From contig NZ_JAHDGE010000003.1 in the NCBI RefSeq assembly GCF_020627745.1, forward strand, positions 41,282-105,281: 64,000 bases of DNA, in the 5' to 3' direction. A model generated the notes under the pieces. It ran no database searches. It was not told the DNA's origin and saw nothing but the letters and a program-made list of their open reading frames with translations. Source of the stretch: Pseudooctadecabacter sp. GTDB taxonomy: Bacteria > Pseudomonadota > Alphaproteobacteria > Rhodobacterales > Rhodobacteraceae. The first letter of the stretch is position 1. Every line of letters begins with the position of its first letter. Shown in pieces: positions 27,699 through 37,757 of this stretch. The position numbers and the translations under genes are program-made.

Positions 27699-29000
27699 TT
27701 AGCCGAACACGCGCTTGAAAATCGTGTCGACGTGTTTGGTGTGATAATCCATGTCGAATTTTTCGTTGATGCCGTCCACACCAAGGGCGGCAACCACATC
27801 GTCATCTGCGAGGAGTTCTTCGCGGAAATCGACGCGGTGTTCCCACACCTTCAGCGCATTGCGCTGGACCATGGAATAGGCGTCTTCGCGGCTGACGCCG
27901 GCCTGTGTCAGGGCCAAAAGCACGCGCTGGGACATCACCAATCCTGGGAATTTGTTCATATTGTCGAGCATATTTTCAGGGAAGATCAACATCTTGTCGA
28001 CGACGCCGGTCAAACGGTTCAACGCAAAGTCCAACGTCACCGTCGCATCCGGCCCGATGCCGCGTTCCACCGACGAATGTGAAATATCGCGTTCATGCCA
28101 CAACGCCACGTTTTCCATCGCGGGGATCACGGTCATGCGCACCAGACGGGCCAGACCGGTCAGATTTTCGGTCAACACAGGGTTCTTTTTGTGCGGCATT
28201 GCGGAGGAGCCTTTTTGCCCCATGGAGAAGAATTCCGCACCCTCCAGCACTTCGGTCCGCTGCATGTGGCGGATTTCGATGGCGACGTTTTCGATGGACG
28301 ACGCGATGACGCCCAATACGGAAAAGAACATCGCGTGGCGGTCGCGGGGGATGACCTGGGTGCTGATGGGTTCAGGTGTCAGGCCCAGTTTTTCGCACAC
28401 ATGTTCTTCGACCGCGGGGTCGATGTTGGCGAAGGTGCCCACGGCGCCGGAAATGGCACCGGTTGCGATTTCGTCACGGGCTGCGACCATACGGGCGCGG
28501 TTGCGGTCCATTTCGGCATAGAACCGTGCAAAGGTCAGACCCATTGTGGTGGGTTCGGCGTGGATACCGTGGCTGCGGCCCACACGGACGGTCATCTTGT
28601 GTTCCATCGCACGTTTTTTCAGCGCGGCCAGCAGGTTATCCAGATCGGCGATCAGGATGTCGGCGGCGCGGACAAGTTGCACGTTGAAACAGGTGTCCAG
28701 CACATCCGATGATGTCATGCCTTGGTGCACGAACCGTGCTTCGTCTGAACCGACGTGTTCGGCCAGATGGGTCAGAAAGGCGATGACGTCGTGTTTGGTG
28801 ACGGCTTCGATTTCGTCGATGCGGGCCACATCAAATTCCACGTCTTTGGCTTTCCAGACAGCCTCGGCGTTTTCGCGGGGGATCACGCCGATGTCGGCCA
28901 TGGCGTCGCAGGCGTGGGCCTCGATCTCATACCAGATGCGGAACTTGGTGGCGGGGTCCCAGATGGCGGTCATTTCAGGGCGGGCGTAACGGGGAATCAT
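27699..29000 (-). CDS. purB: Adenylosuccinate lyase
   Basis: MIPRY start, TKHDV, GRSHGIHAEP, GSSAMPHKKNP, WHERDISHSS. Confidence 0.98.
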   Translation of the reverse strand: MIPRYARPEMTAIWDPATKFRIWYEIEAHACDAMADIGVIPRENAEAVWKAKDVEFDVARIDEIEAVTKHDVIAFLTHLAEHVGSDEARFVHQGMTSSDVLDTCFNVQLVRAADILIADLDNLLAALKKRAMEHKMTVRVGRSHGIHAEPTTMGLTFARFYAEMDRNRARMVAARDEIATGAISGAVGTFANIDPAVEEHVCEKLGLTPEPISTQVIPRDRHAMFFSVLGVIASSIENVAIEIRHMQRTEVLEGAEFFSMGQKGSSAMPHKKNPVLTENLTGLARLVRMTVIPAMENVALWHERDISHSSVERGIGPDATVTLDFALNRLTGVVDKMLIFPENMLDNMNKFPGLVMSQRVLLALTQAGVSREDAYSMVQRNALKVWEHRVDFREELLADDDVVAALGVDGINEKFDMDYHTKHVDTIFKRVFG

Positions 29001-29085
29001 GGGCAAATGGCCTTTTTGTGACGTGCGAAATCGGGTTTGCTGCGTCATAAGCTGTGGGGCGGCCAAGAACAACAGGGGGTGGCAT

Positions 29086-29415
29086 ATGCGGAGAATGGTT
29101 TTGGCAGCTGTGCTGGTGCCCGGTGCCGCACTGGCGGAGTTTAAGGCGATGACCGGGGCCGAGATTGAGGCTGCTCTGACGGATCGCGCTTTGGTCTACA
29201 CCGACGGGGCCACACAGGATTTCCGCGCCTCTGGCCGGACGCTGTATAATGCGGGGCGGGACAGCTGGGGCTATTGGGCCGTGCGCGGGGACGCCTATTG
29301 CAGCCAGTGGCCCCCCAGCGATGGCTGGTTTTGTTACGACATGGCGCGGGACGGTGATGTTCTGCGGTTCATTGCCGAAGACGGCAGTTTCACCGACGGG
29401 GTCTACAGCGACTGA
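29086..29415 (+). CDS. Small secreted hypothetical protein
   Basis: Signal peptide; SWGYW...YCSQWPP...WFCY with two Cys. Confidence 0.75.
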   Translation: MRRMVLAAVLVPGAALAEFKAMTGAEIEAALTDRALVYTDGATQDFRASGRTLYNAGRDSWGYWAVRGDAYCSQWPPSDGWFCYDMARDGDVLRFIAEDGSFTDGVYSD

Positions 29416-29825
29416 TGCGGGGTATCGCGGATTTTCAGGGCGGCTATACCGTGTCGCGCCGGATTGAGGACCGGTTGACCGGGGCCGAGACCACATTTGA
29501 GGGCACGGCCACGATCACGGCAGACGGGCCGGGGGCGATTTACCGCGAAACGGGCGCGTTGCAGATGGGCAGTGGCACCTTCACTGCAGAACGGTCGTAT
29601 CTGTGGCGCCCTGCAGGCGCGCGCATCGAAGTGGCCTTTGCCGATGGGCAGCCGTTTCATGACTTTGATCCCGAACATGGCGGGCAGGCCACAGAACATC
29701 TGTGCGGCGCGGACATGTATCGGGGGGGGTATGACTTTTCGGAATGGACCTGTTGGTCCCTGCGCTGGGACGTCTCTGGCCCGCGCAAGGAGTACACTTC
29801 GGTCACGTGGTATGTGCGGCGTTAG
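29415..29825 (+). CDS. DUF6314-like beta-barrel protein
   Basis: YRETG, RSYLW, FADGQPFH, HLCGADMYRG, VSGPRKEY. Confidence 0.75.
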   Translation: MRGIADFQGGYTVSRRIEDRLTGAETTFEGTATITADGPGAIYRETGALQMGSGTFTAERSYLWRPAGARIEVAFADGQPFHDFDPEHGGQATEHLCGADMYRGGYDFSEWTCWSLRWDVSGPRKEYTSVTWYVRR

Positions 29826-29912
29826 CGATATCTGGGGGCCAAGGCGGCCTTCGCACTTGCAGAACGCGCGCGCACAGGGTTATCTGCGGCCAACGAAATA
29901 AAGGAGAGCGTC

Positions 29913-30569
29913 ATGTCGACAGCCACAACAAACATGGTCCTGAGCGACCGCCTTTGGGATGCGCAGGGTGCGGCCCTCTGGATCAAGCGTGCAATTTTGC
30001 TGGTGGCCGGTGTGGCCGCGCTGACGGTTTCCGCCAAGATCCAGATCCTGACACAGCCGGTGCCGGTGACCTTGCAAATGCTGGTTGTCATGGTGATCGG
30101 TGCGGCCTACGGGCCCAAGCTGGGGGCTGCGACGGTGGCGTCCTACATCGCTTTGGGTCTGCAGGGTCTGCCTGTGTTTGCGGGGGCTGTTGCCGGTCCG
30201 GCCTATGTGCTGGGGGCCACGGGTGGCTATCTTCTGGGCTTCATGATTGCCGCATATGCGGTCGGCGCGCTGGCCTCTGCCGGTTGGGACCGGTCCCCGT
30301 TGCGGATGGCTGCGGCCATGGCCGTGGGCATCTTGTGCGTCTACATCCCGGGTGTGATGTGGCTGAGCGCCGGTGCGGCCCTGTTGGGTGGTGCTGCGAC
30401 GGCGGCGGTGTCCGGCTTTGTGGGTGGCGAAGCCTTCACCGGTTACGGTTGGGCCAACTGGTATGCCTACGGTGTCAAAACCTTCATCTGGGTTGATGCG
30501 CTGAAGCTGGTGGTTGCGGTCATCGCATTCCCCGCGATCTGGAAGCTGGTGGGCGACGCCCGCGGCTAA
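29913..30569 (+). CDS. bioY: Biotin transporter BioY
   Basis: PVPVTLQ, GLPVFAG, TGGYLLGF motifs. Confidence 0.95.
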   Translation: MSTATTNMVLSDRLWDAQGAALWIKRAILLVAGVAALTVSAKIQILTQPVPVTLQMLVVMVIGAAYGPKLGAATVASYIALGLQGLPVFAGAVAGPAYVLGATGGYLLGFMIAAYAVGALASAGWDRSPLRMAAAMAVGILCVYIPGVMWLSAGAALLGGAATAAVSGFVGGEAFTGYGWANWYAYGVKTFIWVDALKLVVAVIAFPAIWKLVGDARG

Positions 30570-30594
30570 GACCTGTTTATGGGTATTAAAATGA

Positions 30595-30630
30595 GAGGCG
30601 CGGAGCGATGCTCCGCGCCTCGTTTTGTTT
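30595..30630 (+). terminator. Intrinsic terminator after bioY (possibly bidirectional)
   Basis: GAGGCGCGGAGC-GAT-GCTCCGCGCCTC followed by GTTTTGTTT. Confidence 0.8.
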
Positions 30631-30692
30631 ATGGGTGCCTGTTGCGTGTGTGAGCCCATCGCGGAAGGCGTGGTTTTTGGGTTGAGAGATGC

Positions 30693-30726
30693 GCCTCCGG
30701 CGGGAGTATTTGCAGCAAAACGAAAC
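30693..30726 (-). repeat. Dispersed intergenic repeat, copy 4 (degenerate, CCGGAGG tail)
   Basis: Reverse complement TTTCGTTTTGCTGCAAATACTCCCGCCGGAGGC. Confidence 0.5.
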
Positions 30727-30732
30727 AGGCGA

Positions 30733-31935
30733 TTATGCCAGTTCGGTTTTGATGTGATTGCTGCGTTCCAGTGTTTGGTGCACGGGACAGCGGTCCGCGA
30801 TTTCCAGAAGGCGCGCGCGTTGTGTGTCGTCCAGATCGCCTGTCAGGTGGATGGTGCGGGTGAAGCTGTCGATCTTGGATTTGGCCTCGGCATCCTGGCC
30901 GTGGACTTTGTCGTGGGTGACATCGACACTGACCGAGGCGAGGGGCCAGCCTTTGCGACGGGCATACATGCGGATGGTCATGGAGGTACAGGCGCCCAGA
31001 CCGGCGGACAAAAAGCCGTAGGGGGTGAGGCCCTTGTTGGTGCCGCCATAGGCTGCGGGTTCGTCGGCCAGGACATGGTGCGGGCCGCTTTGGATGTCTT
31101 GCAGAAAGCCCGCAGGGTCGGCTTCGGACACGCGCAGGATGCCTTCGGGGATGCCGATGGGGGGCGCGGGGCGGCGCAAGTCGATGTATTTGGAGGCCCA
31201 GCCTGCAATCAGCGTGGCCGCATATTCCGCGTCTTCGGCCCGACCCAGCAGGTGGTCGGCGTCGTCAAGGGTGATGAAGCTTTTGGGGTGTTTGGCGGCC
31301 AGAAAAATCTCGGATGCGTTGGTGATGCTGACGGTGGCATCGCGAGGCGCGTGAAGCACCAGAAGGGCTGCGTTCAGCTTGGAGATCGCAGGCGTCAGTT
31401 CGCCTTTGGCGATGTCTTCGAGGAAATCGTTGGAGATGCGGAAGGGGCGACCGCCCAAGGACACCTCGGCCACGCCGTCGCGGATGATATCGGGAAGGCT
31501 GTCTGCGAAGTTTTCGGTGACATGTTCGGGGTCAAAGGGCGCGCCGATGGTGACCACGCCTTTGATTGACGTCATCTGCGGGGCGGCCTTGAGAACGGCT
31601 GCACCGCCCAAGGAGTGTCCGATCAGCAGGGAGGGGGACATATCGCGTTTGTCGAGTTCTGCACAAGCGGCGATGAGATCCTGCACATTGGTGGTGAAGT
31701 TTGTGTTTTCAAATTCACCCTCTGAATGACCAAGGCCGGTGAAGTCGAACCGCAGCACGGCGATGCCCATCGAGGCAAGGCGGCCCGCGATCCGGCGCGC
31801 GGCGGGGATGTCTTTGGAACAGGTGAAGCAGTGCGCAAAGAGCGCCGTGGCCAGATGTGGACCATCGGGCATATCAAGGCGCGCGGCAAGCTGTTGGCCG
31901 TCATGACCGGGGAAGGTGAAACGTTCTGTGGGCAT
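30733..31935 (-). CDS. Bifunctional alpha/beta-hydrolase / OsmC family protein
   Basis: AHCFTC, GHSLGG, DHLL; C-terminal LGACTSMT...RCPVH OsmC domain. Confidence 0.93.
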   Translation of the reverse strand: MPTERFTFPGHDGQQLAARLDMPDGPHLATALFAHCFTCSKDIPAARRIAGRLASMGIAVLRFDFTGLGHSEGEFENTNFTTNVQDLIAACAELDKRDMSPSLLIGHSLGGAAVLKAAPQMTSIKGVVTIGAPFDPEHVTENFADSLPDIIRDGVAEVSLGGRPFRISNDFLEDIAKGELTPAISKLNAALLVLHAPRDATVSITNASEIFLAAKHPKSFITLDDADHLLGRAEDAEYAATLIAGWASKYIDLRRPAPPIGIPEGILRVSEADPAGFLQDIQSGPHHVLADEPAAYGGTNKGLTPYGFLSAGLGACTSMTIRMYARRKGWPLASVSVDVTHDKVHGQDAEAKSKIDSFTRTIHLTGDLDDTQRARLLEIADRCPVHQTLERSNHIKTELA

Positions 31936-32024
31936 TTAATCGGGGTCCTTATGTTGTCTTGAACGTGGACCTGTATCAGGGATGTCGCAAGGGATGTGAC
32001 GGTGGCGTCACGGAGAGGTGAAAG

Positions 32025-32894
32025 ATGTGGCAAACGGTTGGACGTGGATTGGCGGTGCTGGGCGCTGGCGTTGTTGTGGGGTCATTCGCCGGTGATCTGC
32101 ACCCTATCGGCGACAGTCTGGCTGTCTTTCGCGCCGTCTGGATTGCCGGGACACTGGCGATCTGTGCGTTCATCTGGCGCAGCAGGACGGCCCGTGTGGC
32201 GGCGCTGGTCTGTGGAGTGGCCGCTGCTGTGTCCGTTTTTTCAGCGTGGAACTGGACGGGTCCAGAGGGGTCTGTGGCCTTGACGGTTTATCAAAAGAAC
32301 ATGAAGTTTCGTCCTGCGGATCGCACGGATTTCATTGCCGACGTTCTGGCGCAAGACGTTGATATTGTGACACTGCAAGAGGTCAGCCGTGCCAATCAAC
32401 CCGTGCTTGAGGCCTTGCGCGCGGCGTTTCCCTATCAGCTGCTGTGCAACGGTCATCGTGTCGGGGCTGTCGCGATTTTGTCGAAGACGCCTTTGACCGG
32501 AACAACCTGCGGGACACAGCCCGGATTTGCACGGGCTGCGACCGATGTGAACGGGACGCCGGTTCAGGTTGTGTCACTGCACTTGCATTGGCCGTGGCCC
32601 TATAACCAGGCGCGGCACGTGGCGGATTTGCTGCCGGATCTGGCGCCGCTGGAGGATGGGCCGACTGTGGTGGGAGGAGATTTCAACATGGTGGCGGACG
32701 GGCGCAGTGTTGCAGCGATTGAGCGCGCGACCGGCACCGCGCGGGTCGGTCCGCGCGTGGCCACGTTCGAGCTTTATGGATTTCCTTTGGGGATTGACCA
32801 TGTCCTTGCGACAGGCGGCCTTGGCGTGCTGTCTGCCCGCCCTTTGTTGGGTGCAGATCACTACGGTCTTGTGGCGCGGATCGCCTGGCCCTAG
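32025..32894 (+). CDS. Membrane-anchored endonuclease/exonuclease/phosphatase family protein
   Basis: N-terminal TMs, TLQEV, HLHWP, GGDFN, IDHVL, ADH. Confidence 0.9.
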   Translation: MWQTVGRGLAVLGAGVVVGSFAGDLHPIGDSLAVFRAVWIAGTLAICAFIWRSRTARVAALVCGVAAAVSVFSAWNWTGPEGSVALTVYQKNMKFRPADRTDFIADVLAQDVDIVTLQEVSRANQPVLEALRAAFPYQLLCNGHRVGAVAILSKTPLTGTTCGTQPGFARAATDVNGTPVQVVSLHLHWPWPYNQARHVADLLPDLAPLEDGPTVVGGDFNMVADGRSVAAIERATGTARVGPRVATFELYGFPLGIDHVLATGGLGVLSARPLLGADHYGLVARIAWP

Positions 32895-34231
32895 CCGCCC
32901 ATCAATTCCGCATCCCACGGATAGGTCGTCAGACGTTCATAGCCGTCCTCGGTGATCAGCACCTGATCTTCGAGCTTGATGGAGAAATCGCCGCCGACTT
33001 CGCCGACCAAGGCCTCGACACAAAGGGTCATGCCGGGCTGAAGTTCGTAATCAAACGCACCGGAGACCATTTTGTCGGGGTAGGCCACGAGGGGCCATTC
33101 ATCGCAGAGCCCCACGCCGTGCATCAGGCAGCCGTATTTCTGCGCCTGGTATTTGTCGTGCAGCACATGGGTGTTGCGGCTGAGGTCTTCGATATTCACA
33201 CCCGGTTTCAGCATTTCCATATTGGTTTCAATATGTTCGACGCCGTGCTTCATCGCCTCGATCATATCGGGGCGGGGTTTGTCGGGGCCAATCCACCAGC
33301 TGCGCGAGATGTCGATACAAATGCCGTAGCTGCCCACCAGATCGGTGTCGAAGCTGATGATTTCATTGGGCTGGGTGATGCGCGGTCCACATTCCTGAAA
33401 CCACGGGTTGGTGCGCGGGCCAGAGGCCAGAAGCCGCGTTTCGATCCATTCACCGCCACGGCGAATGTTTTCGGTGTGCAGAACCGCCCAGATGTCGTCC
33501 TCGGACGTGCGGCCGTTTCCGGCGTGGCCCCGCGCGAAATCCTCCATCGCGCGCACGGCTGTTTCGCAGGCGTGGTTGGCGCAGCGCATGGCCAGAATTT
33601 CGTCGGGGCCTTTAATGGCGCGGGATTTTTCGGTGACTTCCTCCCCTTCCATGATCTCGAAACCCTGCGCTTCAAGTGCGCGCAACCCGTGCAGCATGAC
33701 CTTGTCGACGGCCAAACGCATGTTGCCGCCGCCGTGCGTTTCGATCAGGGCACGGACCTCGTTTGAAAAGACGTCAGCGGCCACATCGACCCTATCGCCA
33801 CGGTCGAAATAGAACAGATCCGCGCCGGAGCGTTGTTCGCGCACAAGCGGGTTGAAGGTGCTGAGGAAGGGGGAATTCTTGTAGTCCCAGATGACCATGT
33901 ACCCGTCAGCGCACAGCAGAACCGCGCGGAACGGGTTGTGGGTGTTCCACAGTTGCATATTCGTGCTGTCAGTGGCGTAACGGATGTTGAGGGGGTCGAA
34001 CATCAGCAACCCGCCATAGCCGCGGTCGACGATGTGCGATGTCAAACGCCGCCAGCGAAAGTCCCGCATGGCGGACAGGTTGGGCAGGGTGAGGCCCGCG
34101 GCCTCCCATTCCCGAAACGCAAGCTGTGTGGGGCCAATCTCGATCCGGTCGGCGTCGTTTGGGGTGCCGTCCCCCAAAGTGGCACCACGGGTGGGATCAA
34201 TCTTGCGCGTGTCGCGGTAGTGGGTGTTCAT
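32891..34231 (-). CDS. dddP: Dimethylsulfoniopropionate lyase DddP (M24 fold)
   Basis: Characteristic N-terminus RKIDPTRGATLGDGTPND...IEIGPT, YATDSTNMQLWNTHN, FDTDLVG, HGVGLCDEWP. Confidence 0.92.
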   Translation of the reverse strand: MNTHYRDTRKIDPTRGATLGDGTPNDADRIEIGPTQLAFREWEAAGLTLPNLSAMRDFRWRRLTSHIVDRGYGGLLMFDPLNIRYATDSTNMQLWNTHNPFRAVLLCADGYMVIWDYKNSPFLSTFNPLVREQRSGADLFYFDRGDRVDVAADVFSNEVRALIETHGGGNMRLAVDKVMLHGLRALEAQGFEIMEGEEVTEKSRAIKGPDEILAMRCANHACETAVRAMEDFARGHAGNGRTSEDDIWAVLHTENIRRGGEWIETRLLASGPRTNPWFQECGPRITQPNEIISFDTDLVGSYGICIDISRSWWIGPDKPRPDMIEAMKHGVEHIETNMEMLKPGVNIEDLSRNTHVLHDKYQAQKYGCLMHGVGLCDEWPLVAYPDKMVSGAFDYELQPGMTLCVEALVGEVGGDFSIKLEDQVLITEDGYERLTTYPWDAELMGG

Positions 34232-34319
34232 GGTTGTCCTCCCTTTGTGGTGCTAACGTGAGGGTGGAACATGCTTGGATGTCTTGTCCGGTCAGAAAAC
34301 GACATGGGAAACGGTCACA

Positions 34320-35057
34320 ATGGACACGTCAGAAGAGGGTATCTTGCACCCGCATTTGCCCGCCGACCAACTCGACCGGGCGGCTGCGCGTCTTCCGTCC
34401 ATGCAGCCGGTGCGGGGACCGTGGCTGCGCACGGACGAGGCCTATGCCGCACAAATGGCCGAACGGCGCAGGCTTTTGGATGGTCGTCGTCGGGATGTCT
34501 ATCGCCAGTGCCCGGAAGGCCTGACCGCCGCGCGCGATTTTTTGACCCAGGCGTTGGATGCTTTGCCTGAAGGGTTCAAGACGACGGGGGATACTGTGCT
34601 GTGTCCTGACGGGGCTGATGTCGCCCTAGACTGGAACGCCCCGCTGCTTTCGGTGGGCCGGTTTTTGCAACAGGACGTTTGTATATTGCAAAAACAGGGG
34701 GATGAGCATGTTCTGACGGGGGCCGTGCTGTGCTTTCCGGCCAGCTGGACCTTGGCAGAAAAAATCGGCAAGCCGCTAACCCGTATCCACACACCCGTGC
34801 CCGATTATGACGACGCCATCGCCCGACGGGTTCAAAGGCTGTTCGATGGTGTGAAACGGGGGCAGCCCATGTGGCGGGCGAACGCGTTGCGGTATCGCGA
34901 TCCCGCCTTGTTCCAGCCCCGCGCAGAGGCGGATCAACGCCCGGTTGGTGGCCCCGACGATCCTTTCATCCGAAGCGAAAGGCAGACGGTGTTGCGATTG
35001 GGGGGCGAGGGGGCTGTCGCTTTTATTATTCACACCATGGTGGTGCGGGCGGTCTAG
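34320..35057 (+). CDS. DUF3445 / heme-dependent oxidative N-demethylase alpha-like protein
   Basis: QQDVCIL, LCFPASW...EKIG...IHTPVP, WRAN, RSERQ; start uncertain (34275 or 34320). Confidence 0.85.
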   Translation: MDTSEEGILHPHLPADQLDRAAARLPSMQPVRGPWLRTDEAYAAQMAERRRLLDGRRRDVYRQCPEGLTAARDFLTQALDALPEGFKTTGDTVLCPDGADVALDWNAPLLSVGRFLQQDVCILQKQGDEHVLTGAVLCFPASWTLAEKIGKPLTRIHTPVPDYDDAIARRVQRLFDGVKRGQPMWRANALRYRDPALFQPRAEADQRPVGGPDDPFIRSERQTVLRLGGEGAVAFIIHTMVVRAV

Positions 35058-35353
35058 AAGACGAGATACAAGAGGCCTGCCGAAAGGATACCCATTGTCG
35101 TCGCGGCCTTAACGGCGTTTGAAAAGCACCATCGGACCGGATCCTTGATCATGTCGGCAAAGCTGCGCGGGTCGTCGCCATAATGCAAAGATCCCCCGCC
35201 AGTCGCGACCCCACGGGCCTGCCATGCCTGAGGCATGGTGGATGCGCCTTTCCGTACTGCGGAAGCTGGCACATTGCAGGCCCGATGGGATCCAAATCCG
35301 TAAGTGGATTGATAGGGCGACGACGGCGGGGTGTACTGGTTCACTTTACTCAT
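35054..35353 (-). CDS. Small hypothetical protein with C-terminal hydrophobic anchor
   Basis: 99-aa ORF filling the gap, with a 4-bp overlap of the convergent stop, a C-terminal TM and an AT-rich upstream region. Confidence 0.55.
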   Translation of the reverse strand: MSKVNQYTPPSSPYQSTYGFGSHRACNVPASAVRKGASTMPQAWQARGVATGGGSLHYGDDPRSFADMIKDPVRWCFSNAVKAATTMGILSAGLLYLVF

Positions 35354-35378
35354 GAGCCGTTACTGTCATCCGATGTGG

Positions 35379-35394
35379 TCAACATCACGTTAAC
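35379..35394 (+). promoter_or_regulatory. Putative CtrA box (1 mismatch) upstream of the small ORF
   Basis: TCAA-CATCACG-TTAAC. Confidence 0.5.
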
Positions 35395-35533
35395 GTCAAG
35401 GAAAGTTCGGGAAGAAATTTCGACGGAAATAGGGCAAAAACCCCTTGGTTTGTGGCCAATCCCGAACAATTTTCAGAAATTTGCGTAAATGAGCGTCATA
35501 GTCTCATTTTCGCGCAGATTTGACGGCTCATGC

Positions 35534-35562
35534 AAAAAGGGCGCCCCATGAGGGCGCCCCTT
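35534..35562 (-). terminator. Intrinsic terminator of glnB-glnA
   Basis: AAAAA-GGGCGCCC-CATGA-GGGCGCCC stem with a minus-strand U-tract. Confidence 0.75.
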
Positions 35563-35583
35563 CGTGTTGTGTCGTCGTCCGAA

Positions 35584-36990
35584 TTAGCAGCTGTAGTACA
35601 GCTTGAATTCGACGGGGTGGGGTGTGTGTTCGTATTCGTACACTTCTTCCCACTTCAGATCCATGTACCCTGCGATCTGGTCTTTGGTGAAGACGTCACC
35701 GGCCAGCAGGAAGTCCATGTCTTTTTCCAACTCTTCCAGCGCTTCGCGCAGGGAGGCGCAGACCGTCGGGATTTCAGCCAACTCTTCCGGAGGCAGATCA
35801 TAAAGGTCTTTGTCAGATGCCGCACCGGGATCAATTTTGTTCTTGATGCCGTCAAGGCCAGCCATCAGCAGCGCTGCGAAGCACAGGTAGGGGTTGGCTG
35901 CGGGGTCAGGGAAACGGGCCTCAACGCGCTTGGCTTTGGGGCTTTCGGTCCATGGAATACGCACACAACCGGAGCGGTTGCGCGCAGAGTAGGCACGCAG
36001 AACGGGGGCTTCAAAGCCCGGGATCAGACGCTTGTAGGAGTTGGTGGACGGGTTCGTGAAGGCGTTCAGCGCCTTCGCGTGCTTCAGGATACCGCCGATG
36101 AAATACAGCGCTTCCTGAGACAGGTCGGCGTATTTGTCGCCTGCAAACAATGGCTTGCCGTCTTTCCAGATGGACATGTTCACATGCATGCCGGTGCCGT
36201 TGTCGCCCGCGATGGGCTTGGGCATGAATGTCGCCGACTTGCCGTAGGCCTGGGCGACGTTGTGGATGACGTACTTGTATTTCTGTAGCTCGTCGGCCTG
36301 CTTGGTCAGGCTGTCAAAGATCAGGCCCAGTTCGTGCTGGCAAGACGCCACTTCGTGGTGGTGCTTGTCGACCTTCATGCCCAGACGCTTCATCGTGGAC
36401 AGCATTTCAGAACGGATGTCCTGAGCATCGTCGATGGGGTTGACGGGGAAATAGCCGCCCTTGACGCCCGGACGGTGGCCGGTGTTGCCCATTTCGTATT
36501 CGGCATCGGTGTTCCATGCGGCGTCGATGGCATCGACTTCATAGCCCACCTTGTTCATGCCGACGGAGAAACGCACGTCGTCGAACAGGAAGAATTCCGC
36601 CTCTGGGCCCATGTAGGCCACGTCGCCGATACCGGTGGATTTCAGGTATGCTTCGGCTTTTTCGGCCGTGCCGCGCGGGTCGCGGTCATAGGCTTCACCG
36701 GTGTCCGGCTCAACAATAGAGCAGTGCAGACACAACGTCTTTTCCGCGTAGAACGGGTCAATATAGGCGCTGGATGTGTCCGGCATCAGTTTCATGTCGG
36801 ATTCGTCGATGGATTTCCAACCGGCAATGGACGAGCCGTCGAACATAAAGCCTTCTTCAAGGAAGTCTTCGTCGACCTGATCGGAGCACAATGTGACGTG
36901 CTGCAGTTTGCCGCGCGGGTCCGTAAAACGGATGTCGACGTAATCGACATCTTCGTCAGCGATCATTTTCACGAGATCTTTGTTCTTCAT
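35584..36990 (-). CDS. glnA: Type I glutamine synthetase
   Basis: [40 protein letters not shown], adenylylation-site DLYDLP. Confidence 0.99.
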   Translation of the reverse strand: MKNKDLVKMIADEDVDYVDIRFTDPRGKLQHVTLCSDQVDEDFLEEGFMFDGSSIAGWKSIDESDMKLMPDTSSAYIDPFYAEKTLCLHCSIVEPDTGEAYDRDPRGTAEKAEAYLKSTGIGDVAYMGPEAEFFLFDDVRFSVGMNKVGYEVDAIDAAWNTDAEYEMGNTGHRPGVKGGYFPVNPIDDAQDIRSEMLSTMKRLGMKVDKHHHEVASCQHELGLIFDSLTKQADELQKYKYVIHNVAQAYGKSATFMPKPIAGDNGTGMHVNMSIWKDGKPLFAGDKYADLSQEALYFIGGILKHAKALNAFTNPSTNSYKRLIPGFEAPVLRAYSARNRSGCVRIPWTESPKAKRVEARFPDPAANPYLCFAALLMAGLDGIKNKIDPGAASDKDLYDLPPEELAEIPTVCASLREALEELEKDMDFLLAGDVFTKDQIAGYMDLKWEEVYEYEHTPHPVEFKLYYSC

Positions 36991-37044
36991 TACTTGAGTT
37001 TCCCCTGGTCAATAATGGATGGATTGGGTGTGAGACAGCGCGCG

Positions 37045-37431
<387 letters not shown>

Positions 37432-37461
37432 TCAGGGGCAGGGCTCAATTCAAGGGGGGGA

Positions 37462-37513
37462 TGCCGCAACATCAGGCAGGGGGTTTTGGTGGCCATTGCC
37501 CAAAAATTAGGCA
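37462..37513. promoter_or_regulatory. Tandem NtrC-type binding sites upstream of glnB
   Basis: TGCC-GCAACATCA-GGCA (37462-37478) and TGCC-CAAAAATTA-GGCA (37497-37513) match the GCC-N9-GGC pattern of Rhodobacter NtrC sites. Confidence 0.7.
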
Positions 37514-37594
37514 GCTAGGCGAGAATGTGTGCAGAAGTGAATCTTGCTGCTTGGGCCTCTGCCATCCGGATGAACAGGTCGGGGGCACCTTCGC

Positions 37595-37650
37595 TTTCTC
37601 TGGTTCCAAAATACCTCGGGTGAGCGCGCAGCGCGAGGGCAGAGCCCTCA
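37595..37650 (+). repeat. Dispersed intergenic repeat, copy 5, with GC hairpin tail
   Basis: TTTCTCTGGTTCCAAAATACCTC followed by CGCGCAGCGCG and GAGGGC-AGA-GCCCTC hairpins. Confidence 0.65.
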
Positions 37651-37757
37651 AATGCGCAACGCAGCCCCAAGGGGACTGCGTATCTGGCGTGGCGCAGCAG
37701 CCCCGCCGTCTATAAAGGGGCGCGCGTCAGCGCACGATCCTTTCAGGCGTGCTGCCG

